Positions 30,824 to 40,600 of a DNA stretch of 64,000 nt are shown one piece after another. Both the position numbers and the translations under genes were made by a program. Origin of the DNA: Alphaproteobacteria bacterium. GTDB lineage: Bacteria; Pseudomonadota; Alphaproteobacteria; RF32; CAG-239. Numbering within the stretch: position 1 is the first letter of the stretch; each line of letters begins with the position of its first letter. The notes under the pieces are model-generated. The model saw only the letters and a program-made list of their open reading frames with translations, had not been told where the DNA came from and searched no databases. The stretch is taken from positions 37,104 through 101,103 of the forward strand of contig JAFTVD010000023.1 of NCBI GenBank assembly GCA_017465945.1. Direction: 5' to 3'.

Positions 30824-31259
30824 ATTAGATTAATTTGAGCGATATGAGCGAGGTCAGCGTATAAATTATCGATTTTTATTGCTGAGCTCGATTAGAGAGC
30901 GATTTTATTTTATGTTATACAAATAAAATATATGTACTGATTGTGTTTTTTTTGTGTAACATATTGATTATTATATAAAATATATATGTTTGTATACATA
31001 ATATATATTATGCGACAAATGTGTTATATATAAAAAGGGGGGATAGAGCCCTATTATTTTTTAGTGCAATTTAGGAAAATGCTTGAGTTTTGGTATATTT
31101 TAATCTTGATATATTTTAATTATGAATCTTTTTAATAAAATTAAAAATTATATTTACAGAATTTTATATTTAAGAATTCTTTTGTTGTTTTGTTTTTTTA
31201 TTTACTTGATTTTTATTTTATTTACTAATAGTAATTATGTGAACTAATGGAGAACTTAT

Positions 31260-32048
31260 ATGAGACGTTTTGGATTAAAACTTTGGTCAAAAGATTTTAT
31301 TAGGAATATAAAGTTTGCAAAAGATGCAGAAATAGCACTTAAAAATGGAAAGTTTGATTATTTAGAGTTGTTTGCCCTGCCCGATAGTTTTATGGAAACA
31401 AAAGATATTGTTAAGGATATGTTTGGAGGTATTAAAACAATTATTCATGCTTCGCATGCCATACAAGGACTTGATATTTCTGATAAAAATGAATTTGGCA
31501 ATAATAAAAAAAGATTGCTTGATGCGCAAAGGTTTGCTGATTTATTGGATGCTAATTATATTATACTGCACCCAGGAATGAATGTTGGGGTTGAATTTTT
31601 AGAAGAAAGCATTAGGCAATTTAGAAGTTTTAATGATAGTCGTTTGACTGTAGAGAATTTGCCAACATATTGTTCACAAACAAAAAGATTGCTTCATGGG
31701 ATATTACCTTCTGAAATTAAGAGATTTATTGATGAATGTGGGGCAAAGTTTTGTCTTGATTTTTCACATGCAATTTGTGGCGCAAATGGTTGTAATATCG
31801 ATATTTTTGAGTTTTTGAGTGAGCTTGTTAAACTAAATCCTGTTATGTATCATTTGTGTGATGGTGATATTAATTCTACTTGTGATGAGCATCTTCATTT
31901 TGGTGAAGGTAACTATAACTTACGTCAATTAGTGCTTGATTTTACATCAGAAAATGCTCTTATTACTATGGAAACAGGACATGGTATTCCACATAGTGTA
32001 GAGCCTTGGATTAATGATATTTCTTATATTCGCAATATAATTAAGTAA
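31260..32048 (+). CDS. Xylose-isomerase/AP-endonuclease-2-like TIM-barrel protein
   Basis: IIHA, ILHPG, VENLP, LDFSHA, HLCDG, HLHFGEG, TMET. Confidence 0.75.
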   Translation: MRRFGLKLWSKDFIRNIKFAKDAEIALKNGKFDYLELFALPDSFMETKDIVKDMFGGIKTIIHASHAIQGLDISDKNEFGNNKKRLLDAQRFADLLDANYIILHPGMNVGVEFLEESIRQFRSFNDSRLTVENLPTYCSQTKRLLHGILPSEIKRFIDECGAKFCLDFSHAICGANGCNIDIFEFLSELVKLNPVMYHLCDGDINSTCDEHLHFGEGNYNLRQLVLDFTSENALITMETGHGIPHSVEPWINDISYIRNIIK

Positions 32049-32049
32049 T

Positions 32050-33117
32050 TTAATGTTTACTTATTTCTTGGCATAAGCTTGTTATTGATGTTGTTTTTAC
32101 AGGATTTTCTTGCATTTTTTTAGTGTATTGCGCCCTATTTTTATATACTTTTTCTAGCATTGGAAATAGTATATCGGGGTTTGTGATGTCTTCATCTTTG
32201 ATGAGTTCACCATAACCTTTATCAACGAAACTTTTAGCGTTTAGGGTTTGTTCGCCTCGTGATGCGGTGTTAGGAAGAGGAACTAAAATCATTGGTTTAT
32301 GAAGGCTTGCTAGTTCAAAAATGGAATTTGAACCTGCTCTTGATATTACTATATCAGATAATGCCATTAGGTCTTTTAGTTCTGTATCTACGTATTCAAA
32401 TTGAGCGTAACCTTCTGCTTTTATATCCGGATTAAAGCCATTTTTTCCTGCAATATGGATGATTTGGTAATTTTTTAGTAGTTCGTCTAGATTGTTTGTT
32501 ACTGCTTCATTTAAACTTTTTGCCCCAAGGCTTCCCCCTATTACCATTATTGTTGGCTTATTTGTTGTCAAATTTGCAAATTTTGCTCCCTCTTCTTTTG
32601 AGCCGTTATATAACCTATCTGATAATGCAGGTCCAATACATTTAACCTTTTGTTTTTGCTTAACTTTGTTAATTGTTTCGGGGAATGTTGTAAAAAATGT
32701 ATTTACAAATGGGAGGCTCATTTTGTTAGCAAGTCCAGGTGTTAGGTCTGATTCATGCATAAATATTTTTTTTCGATTTATAAAGCCACCTACTACGACT
32801 GGAAAGGATACAAAGCCACCTTTAGAGAATATAACGTCTGGATTTAATTTACGGATTAAGAATATTGCTTCTAAACAGCCAAAAGGAATTTTAACCATAT
32901 CAATAAAGTTTTGCCATGAAAAATAACGGCGCAATTTTCCTGTTGTTATGGCATGATATTTTACTTCTTTATATTTTTTTACGAGTTCTTCTTCCATTCC
33001 GCCTCGTGAACCTATATAATCTATTTCCCATTTATTTTCGATAAACCAAGGGATTAGGGCTAAATTTAAGGTTACGTGCCCTGCTGAGCCACCACCAGTA
33101 AAGACTATTTTAGGCAT
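32050..33117 (-). CDS. murG: Lipid II GlcNAc transferase MurG
   Basis: TGGGSAGHV, SKGGFVS, HESDLTPGLAN, GGSLGA, SRAGSNSIFE, SRGEQ. Confidence 0.92.
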   Translation of the reverse strand: MPKIVFTGGGSAGHVTLNLALIPWFIENKWEIDYIGSRGGMEEELVKKYKEVKYHAITTGKLRRYFSWQNFIDMVKIPFGCLEAIFLIRKLNPDVIFSKGGFVSFPVVVGGFINRKKIFMHESDLTPGLANKMSLPFVNTFFTTFPETINKVKQKQKVKCIGPALSDRLYNGSKEEGAKFANLTTNKPTIMVIGGSLGAKSLNEAVTNNLDELLKNYQIIHIAGKNGFNPDIKAEGYAQFEYVDTELKDLMALSDIVISRAGSNSIFELASLHKPMILVPLPNTASRGEQTLNAKSFVDKGYGELIKDEDITNPDILFPMLEKVYKNRAQYTKKMQENPVKTTSITSLCQEISKH

Positions 33118-33120
33118 ATT

Positions 33121-34494
33121 TTATTCTCCATTTGCTATTTTATCTTCTATATGTTCTAATAGTAAATCATTATCATTTAATGATAAGTTAATGGTTTTAT
33201 TGGTTTTTGAACCTAATTGTTTCATTTTTTCTGCGTGAGATAATGCAGATCCCCTTCCCTGAAGCTTGGTCATTGCATTGTTATATGCGTTTGATACTTG
33301 GTTTAATCCTCTATCGATTGCTTTCATGTCATCAACAAATGATGCTAATTTATCGTATATTTTACCGCCTAGTTCGGCTATTTTTTGAACATTTTGGTTT
33401 TGGCTATCTATTTTCCATAAATTTTCTACGGTTCTTAAGGTTGGAAGAAGAGATAGTGGAGTTGCAAGTATTACATTCTTTTTATAGGCGTAATCGTAAA
33501 TATGGTTATCTGTATCAAGGGCAGCAATATAAGCGCTTTCAACAGGAATAAACATTATTACATAATTTAAGGTTTTATCTTTTAATAGTTTTTGATATTC
33601 TTTTGCTGATAGCTCATCAATGTGTGATTTAATATCATTTAGATTTTTTTGAAGATGTTTTTGACGTTCTATTTCGTTTTCGGCATTCATAGCGTCAAGG
33701 TATGCGTTAAGTGATACTTTAGAATCTATAATGATGTCTCTATTATCTGGTAAGTGGATTATAACATCTGGGCGATATGTTTTTTTATTTTCATCTGTAA
33801 ATGATGCTTGAGTTTCATAATCTTGGTCTTTACGAAGCCCAGATATTTCAAGAATTCTTGATAGCTGACATTCACCCCAGTTGCCTTGTGTTTTTGATGC
33901 ACCTTTTAAGGCTGTGGCTAGATTTTTGGCATCATTACTTAGGGTTTGGTTTAGGTTTAAGAGGTTTGCTAATTGAGTATCTAGGCTTGATTTGTTTTTT
34001 ATACTTTCTTCTCTTGCTAATCCTACTTCTTTTTTGAATGAATTTAATTGTTCTGCAAATGGGGTTATTATTTGAGATAAAGTTGTTTGTTGTGATTTTG
34101 AAAATGTTTCATGTTGATTTTTGATGATTTCTGATGATATGTCTTTGAATTTTAGTGTTAAATCCTCTTTTATTTTTTCAAGGTAATTGATTTTTTCTTG
34201 TAAGTTTTCTTCTTTGGCTATTGATGAGGCTTCAAGTGCGCTTAATTTATTTTCTGTTTGGCGTAGCGAATCTTGGAGGTTATTTTTTTCTGATTCTAGT
34301 TTAGCTAAATTAATCTCAAGATTGGTGTATCTTTCTTTTATTATTGTATATTGTTTTTCTAGGTTATTGTAGGTTTCTTTGTTTTTTGATAAGTTGATAG
34401 TTTGTTTTACATATAATATTAAAGTGATAGTAAAAATAACTATTGTTGCGATAATTATTTCTGGATAAAAAGTTGAGATATTGGGAAAAGTCAT
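33121..34494 (-). CDS. rmuC: DNA recombination protein RmuC
   Basis: N-terminal TM and coiled coil, QGNWGE, RPDVIIHLP, IIDSKVSL, MFIPVES. Confidence 0.92.
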   Translation of the reverse strand: MTFPNISTFYPEIIIATIVIFTITLILYVKQTINLSKNKETYNNLEKQYTIIKERYTNLEINLAKLESEKNNLQDSLRQTENKLSALEASSIAKEENLQEKINYLEKIKEDLTLKFKDISSEIIKNQHETFSKSQQTTLSQIITPFAEQLNSFKKEVGLAREESIKNKSSLDTQLANLLNLNQTLSNDAKNLATALKGASKTQGNWGECQLSRILEISGLRKDQDYETQASFTDENKKTYRPDVIIHLPDNRDIIIDSKVSLNAYLDAMNAENEIERQKHLQKNLNDIKSHIDELSAKEYQKLLKDKTLNYVIMFIPVESAYIAALDTDNHIYDYAYKKNVILATPLSLLPTLRTVENLWKIDSQNQNVQKIAELGGKIYDKLASFVDDMKAIDRGLNQVSNAYNNAMTKLQGRGSALSHAEKMKQLGSKTNKTINLSLNDNDLLLEHIEDKIANGE

Positions 34495-34796
34495 CTGTTA
34501 TTTCTTTCAGTTTTTTTAGGTTAGTATGTTATGGAGTTTAGAACTTTATTTTAATTGACGCAACTTATTTAATATAGTTGTTTAATGATTATTCATATTT
34601 GATTGGATTATTTATGTTTTTTGATGATTTTTATACTTTTCTACATACCATTTTATATACTTTATGCTATTTATTGTGTGTGCGATACATATTGAGCTAA
34701 AAAAATATTGATTTTTAAAAATGGTTGTTTAATATGTTTGATTAGAATACTGGTTGTATTTAGTTATATACATTTCATTAAAGACAGGAGAGATAA

Positions 34797-35591
34797 ATGG
34801 TTTCGATTACCAATGAATGTGGAAGTAGAAATGGGTTTGGTTTTTTTGATACCAAATCTAAAGAAATAGCGTTAAAACGTCCTTGTTTTCGCAAAAAAGA
34901 GGCAATGGAAGCTTATGAATGGATAGATAGGGCTAAAGATAGTGGCTTGGTTAAGTTTTCTATTGGTATTGGTAATGTTGAAAGTTTTGTTGCTGATGGA
35001 TATGGTGATAGCCTTTACTCTTCTGCAAGAGAGGTTATTAAGCAAGCAATAGAGCAAACAAAAACATCTGATACTATAATTATAAAAAATATTTTGGATA
35101 GACTTAAAGAATGTAAAGATGTGCAATTTTTATATTTGAAATGTATTTCTTTTGAGGATCAACCTGAATTGTTTTTGGCATTATTAAATGTTATTAAAAA
35201 TTTAAATAAATTAATACATATTGATTTAACAGGTTGTTATATGTCTTCTGAGCAGTTGGTTGAATTAGCTGAAGTTATTTCTTTGGGTTATGCTTCACAA
35301 GTTGTTTGGCCAGAGCTTTGTATGGATGATAGAGTTATAAGTGAGGTTGTGGCTTGTTTTGAGAAAAATAACTCTGTTGTTGTTTTTGAGAATACACCTT
35401 TTGAGATGCAAGAAATTGCTAAAAGAAATAGAAGAAGAATTCTTATGATGGCTAAAGATACTTTAGCAATTAGTGATGAACAAGTGGCTGATCTTAGGAA
35501 ATATAAGGCTTCTGTTAGATTAACAGTTTCTTTTGAAAAACATCGTCTTGTTGATTTGCAAAAATCACTTGAATCTGTGATTGCATCATAA
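34797..35591 (+). CDS. Hypothetical protein with a possible short leucine-rich-repeat segment
   Basis: 264-aa ORF with AGGAG SD; LNKLIHIDLTGCYM resembles LxxLxLxxCxL. Confidence 0.6.
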   Translation: MVSITNECGSRNGFGFFDTKSKEIALKRPCFRKKEAMEAYEWIDRAKDSGLVKFSIGIGNVESFVADGYGDSLYSSAREVIKQAIEQTKTSDTIIIKNILDRLKECKDVQFLYLKCISFEDQPELFLALLNVIKNLNKLIHIDLTGCYMSSEQLVELAEVISLGYASQVVWPELCMDDRVISEVVACFEKNNSVVVFENTPFEMQEIAKRNRRRILMMAKDTLAISDEQVADLRKYKASVRLTVSFEKHRLVDLQKSLESVIAS

Positions 35592-35697
35592 TTTTGTTTT
35601 ATACTATTTAGAGCACTTTATAGTGCTCTTTTTTTATATTTAAAATTAAAAAACACCCTACTTTTATCGTAAGGTGTTTTTTTTGTTAGATTAATGA

Positions 35698-36699
35698 TTA
35701 TTTGCCAAGAGATTCCTCAACAGCAACAGCAACAGCAACGGTTGCTCCTACCATTGGGTTGTTACCCATACCAATTAATCCCATCATCTCAACGTGAGCT
35801 GGAACTGATGATGAGCCGGCAAATTGTGCATCACCGTGCATACGTCCCATAGTATCTGTCATACCATAAGATGCTGGACCTGCAGCTACGTTATCTGGGT
35901 GAAGTGTACGACCTGTACCGCCACCTGATGCTACTGAGAAGTATTTTTTACCATGTTCAATAGCCCATTTTTTGTATGTACCTGCAACTGGGTGTTGGAA
36001 ACGTGTTGGGTTTGTTGAGTTACCTGTAATAGATACATCAACACCTTCTTTAATCATAATAGCAACACCTTCTGATACATCATCTGCACCATAGCATTTT
36101 ACTTTTGCTTTATCGCCATTTGAAAATGCTTTTTCGTGAACGATTTTTAATTCACCTGTTTTGTAATCATATTCTGTTTCAACAGCTGTGAAACCATTGA
36201 TACGTGAAATGATGTATGCAGCGTCTTTACCAAGACCGTTTAAGATAACTCTTAATGGTTCTTTTCTTACTTTGTTTGCAGAACGTGCAATACCAATAGC
36301 GCCTTCGGCTGCGGCAAATGATTCGTGACCTGCTAAGAAGCAGAAACATTTTGTTTCTTCTCTTAATAACATTGCGGCAAGGTTACCATGGCCAAGACCT
36401 ACTTCACGTTGGTCTGCAACGGAACCTGGTACGCAGAATGCTTGCAAGCCAATACCGATTTTTTCAGCAGCTTCAGATGCGTTTTTTACACCTTCTTTTA
36501 ATGCTATTGCGCAACCTAATGTGTATGCCCATACTGCATTTTCAAATGCGATTGGTTGGATGCCTTTTACTAATTTTTCTACATCAATACCACGAGATGT
36601 GCAAAGAGCTTTTGCTTCATCTAAATCTTTGAAACCATACTTTGTTAATACTGGAGTGATGGTATTTATTCTTCTATCATATCCTTCGAACTGTTGCAT
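35698..36699 (-). CDS. GGGtGRT protein
   Basis: Signature SVASGGGTGRTLHPDN, FLAGHESFAAAEGA. Confidence 0.93.
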   Translation of the reverse strand: MQQFEGYDRRINTITPVLTKYGFKDLDEAKALCTSRGIDVEKLVKGIQPIAFENAVWAYTLGCAIALKEGVKNASEAAEKIGIGLQAFCVPGSVADQREVGLGHGNLAAMLLREETKCFCFLAGHESFAAAEGAIGIARSANKVRKEPLRVILNGLGKDAAYIISRINGFTAVETEYDYKTGELKIVHEKAFSNGDKAKVKCYGADDVSEGVAIMIKEGVDVSITGNSTNPTRFQHPVAGTYKKWAIEHGKKYFSVASGGGTGRTLHPDNVAAGPASYGMTDTMGRMHGDAQFAGSSSVPAHVEMMGLIGMGNNPMVGATVAVAVAVEESLGK

Positions 36700-36702
36700 G
36701 GC

Positions 36703-37407
36703 TTACTCCTTTCTTGGATCGATTTTCTTTACAGCGTCTTCGAAACGACCGTAAGTTTTAATATTGTTTTCAAGAGCAGTTTTAGCATCAGTACCGTTTC
36801 TGATTGCTTCCATCATTTTGCCAAGGTGTACGAACTTGTAACCAATGATTTCGTTGTTTTCATCAACGCCGATTTCTAAAACATAGCCTTCAGCCATTTC
36901 TAGGTAACGTGGACCTTTTACTTTTGTTGAATACATTGTACCAACTTGTGAACGTAGGCCTTTACCTAAGTCTTCAAGTCCTGCACCGATTGGTAAACCG
37001 TTTTCAGAGAAAGCTGTTTGTGTACGGCCGTATACGATTTGAAGGAATAATTCTCTCATTGCAACGTTGATTGCATCACATACTAGGTCTGTGTTTAGAG
37101 CTTCAAGAAGTGTTTTTCCTGGTAAAATTTCTGCTGCCATTGCTGCAGAGTGTGTCATACCAGAACAACCAATTGTTTCAACTAAAGCTTCTTCAATTAC
37201 GCCTTCTTTAACATTAAGTGTTAATTTACATGTACCTTGTTGTGGTGCACAGCATCCGCAACCATGTGTTAAACCTGAAATGTCAGAAATTTGTTTAGCT
37301 TTTACCCATTTTCCTTCTTCTGGAATTGGGGCTGGATCGTGTCTTGCACCTTTGTAGAGTGGACACATTTGCTCAACTTCGTGTGAGCATTGATGATTAC
37401 AAGCCAT
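36703..37407 (-). CDS. IscU/NifU-N-like partner of the GGGtGRT protein
   Basis: APIPEEG, CAPQQGTCKLTLNVK, ETIGCSGMTHSAAMA, DLVCDAIN. Confidence 0.8.
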   Translation of the reverse strand: MACNHQCSHEVEQMCPLYKGARHDPAPIPEEGKWVKAKQISDISGLTHGCGCCAPQQGTCKLTLNVKEGVIEEALVETIGCSGMTHSAAMAAEILPGKTLLEALNTDLVCDAINVAMRELFLQIVYGRTQTAFSENGLPIGAGLEDLGKGLRSQVGTMYSTKVKGPRYLEMAEGYVLEIGVDENNEIIGYKFVHLGKMMEAIRNGTDAKTALENNIKTYGRFEDAVKKIDPRKE

Positions 37408-37624
37408 ATATCGTCTCCATTGTTAATATATTTATTATCGCCACATATATTAGCTTAAAAATTTTAAATGGCAACCAAATATTGTAAATCTTAAAATAAT
37501 TTTTTATTCATCAAATGAATATTTGTCTATATATGAATATTTGTGAATAATATATATTTATCAATAGTTTATATTGTTTAGTTTTTGCTGTTAAACAATG
37601 TTTGTTGAATAATATTCCATTTGA

Positions 37625-40600
37625 TTAGAAGTTATATTTTATTCCAAAGTCAAAAATCTTTGATTTGTTTGATTGAAGTAAGTGATTATATTTCAAATAT
37701 AGGCTTAAATCTTTATATTCATAATCTAATGATGCTTCTAAGATTGCTCTGTTATGGTCGTATATATCGTCTATATCTGTTATTTTGTAATATCCATTAC
37801 CTTCTATAAAGCCTGCATTTAGATTTTTATGAGGATTATTTAACTCTTGGTAATATATGCCACCTATTCTTAAATTTAGTTTTTGTTTTTCTTTATCTAT
37901 AAGGTTTTTCTTGATAAATAGCCCTACTCCTACTTCTGTTGATAAATGATTACCACTTTTTACGCGTAGAGGGTTATCATTATGGCTTTCTATCATATCG
38001 TCTTGATAGTAACCTATTGCGTTAAAGATTAATTGTGGCTCTAACATTGCGTAGTCATTTAAATTTACGTCATAAGTTAGTTTATTAGTTATACTATATA
38101 TATAATCTTTTATGTCTGTTTTAGTTTGATGTTTTTCATAATCACCAAAGCCATAACCAATATTTAATATAGTGCTTAATCTTAAAGTATCTGTAAATTG
38201 GTGTAGCCATGGAAGGAATATGCTAATTATATTTTCTTTTCTGTCTATTCCATTATCATAATTGCTTTTAGTTTGTAGTATGGCTAGTCCTATACCTAAA
38301 CGATTATTATTATTTATCTTTTTGTCACCAAACATATAGGTTGATGTGGTTTGGTTTTCGTAGCCTGTTGTATATGTCTTACCATCTGTTTCTTGTAGGT
38401 AGGTATCTACTCCTGATATTACACGATTAATCTCGTTGGTTGGTTTTAGAATAGCATCAGTAATAATTTCAGATGTGTGGCGAATGGTGTTGATGTTTTC
38501 TTGTGGTAAGTTTATTAAGAAATCTGCGCCTGTCTTTTTGTAAATTTCTTTTGCTAATGCTTGTTTGGTTGTTTTTTCTTTTAATTTGTTGTATAAATTT
38601 GTTAAATTACCGTTTTTATAGTTTTGCTCTAAATAGTTGGATAGAGAGGCATTATCGGTGAAATTGTTAAAGTTCTTTCTTGTTGATTGTACATCATAGG
38701 AGTTGTTTTCATTTTTTATGAGTTTGGCATCATATAGTGCACTTTCGTGAGATATATTTAAGTTTGATACATCTTTAGTTTGGAAAGCCTGTTTAGTTGT
38801 GTATGTATCTTGATTGCTATTTAGTGATGATTTAGATGAGATTAGGGTATCACCTTTTATGCTCTCTGCTACATAGGTTCCACCATCTAAGATGTGTGTT
38901 GCATTAAATGAACTTAAATTAAGCTGGTCTGTTGATAGGATTGTTCCTTTGTTAGTTAAGGTTGCACCATTTAAGTCAATAGCGTTACTGTCATTTGTTT
39001 GGTTATTTACGATAATTGTACCACTATTTTCTACTTTAGCGTTTGCACCATTGTTTTCTATTTTTATACCTTTACTTAGATTATTTGCGGTAATATTAAT
39101 TGTGCCTGTATTTAATATGTTTACGCCACTTTCTTTACTTCCGCCATCTTTTACATATATTCCGTAGGCTGTAGATGAGGTGTTTAAGGTGATGTTGCCA
39201 GTATTTTCTATGGATTGATTATTACCATTTTCTAGGTATATACCATATACTTGACCATCTTTTGAAGTTATATTGATATCGCCACTATTTTTTATGCTTC
39301 CTTGTTTTGAATATAAACCATAAATATTACCAGAAGATGCTCCTTTGATGTTTATTTGGCTGTTTTCATTTTCTGATGATGTATTATAAATGTTATTTGT
39401 GGCATAGATGCCTATTGCTCTATTTTGAGTAATTGTGTTTATATTTATATTACCATAAGCTTTTGATGTATCTATTGCTTTAGCGTTGTATGCATTATTT
39501 TGAGCATATATACCATATATTTCGTTTGTGTTATTTTGTATGTCTTCTATATTAATGTTGGCTGTTGCTATAGAGTTATTATCAGCGTAAGCATTATATA
39601 CATCATTACTTGATTTTAAGGCTATTAATGTGTTATTTTCTGCATTTTCTTCTTGGATTATGTTTAAGGTTGCATTGGCTACAGCTTGATATTTAGATGT
39701 AGGTTGCGTTGAAGCATAAGAATTGTACAATATAGTATTAGTGTCATCACTTTGTTTTAAGCTTATTGTAGAGTCTTTTGAACTATTATGTATTGTAATG
39801 GCGTGGTTATCTATATGATTTTCTCCAGTGGCATTTACTGTTGGTTGAGATGAACCAATGTAATCACCTGTTGTATGATTGATAAGTGTTTGTTGTAACG
39901 GATGGGTAAGGGATGCTAATTCAGCTTCATCTTCAGGACAATATTTACAAGACATCCCATATAATTCATTTATTTTAGGGGTTGATCCATCTGGGCATGT
40001 TGTAAGCGAAGCATCATGTTTACATTCGCATACTTTACAGGGAACATTACCAAAATATATATTTGTAATAATTGAATCTGATGATTTAAAGCCTAATCTT
40101 CTGTCACAAACACCTGAAGCATTAGAATAACCTTGTTCATAACATTCAACAGCGGTACATTTCTTACATTCTTGTCCTCCTATATATCCACTACTTTCTA
40201 GAGTCCAGCTACTCTCGTTACCACCTGGAGGGCAGTCTTTCCATGTTTTAATATACACCTCTCCGCCTCTTGTACATTCTGTCATGGCAGATTTTAATAC
40301 ACAGTTTGTGTCAGGGTATGGAGCATCATGTATTTCTTCACAATTCCAACCATAATATTCACTACAATCGTTATCATCAACAATTTCTTTTTCGACATCA
40401 CCTTCGATAACGCTACCTTGGCATGTGTATATACATTCATAACAAGGTTGTCCATCTGTATCTATACCTCCAGACATTTGATTTGATACGATGTCTGGAT
40501 ATTTATCATAATAAGGGCAATTACTTATTGAGCTATATAATGAGCTTGTACCTGATGAACATACCCCACTTGTGTCTTCATGGTAACAGTTTGTGTAGGT

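Noticed and set aside
35718-35739. (aacagc)n short tandem repeat
   Set aside because: Encodes the VAVAVAV stretch at the end of the GGGtGRT protein, in frame; not a contingency locus
16339-37550. Isolated DnaA-box-like 9-mers (ttattcaca 16339, tgtgaataa 37542)
   Set aside because: Single and unclustered; the G/T-rich skew of the + strand does not appear to switch, so there is no support for an origin
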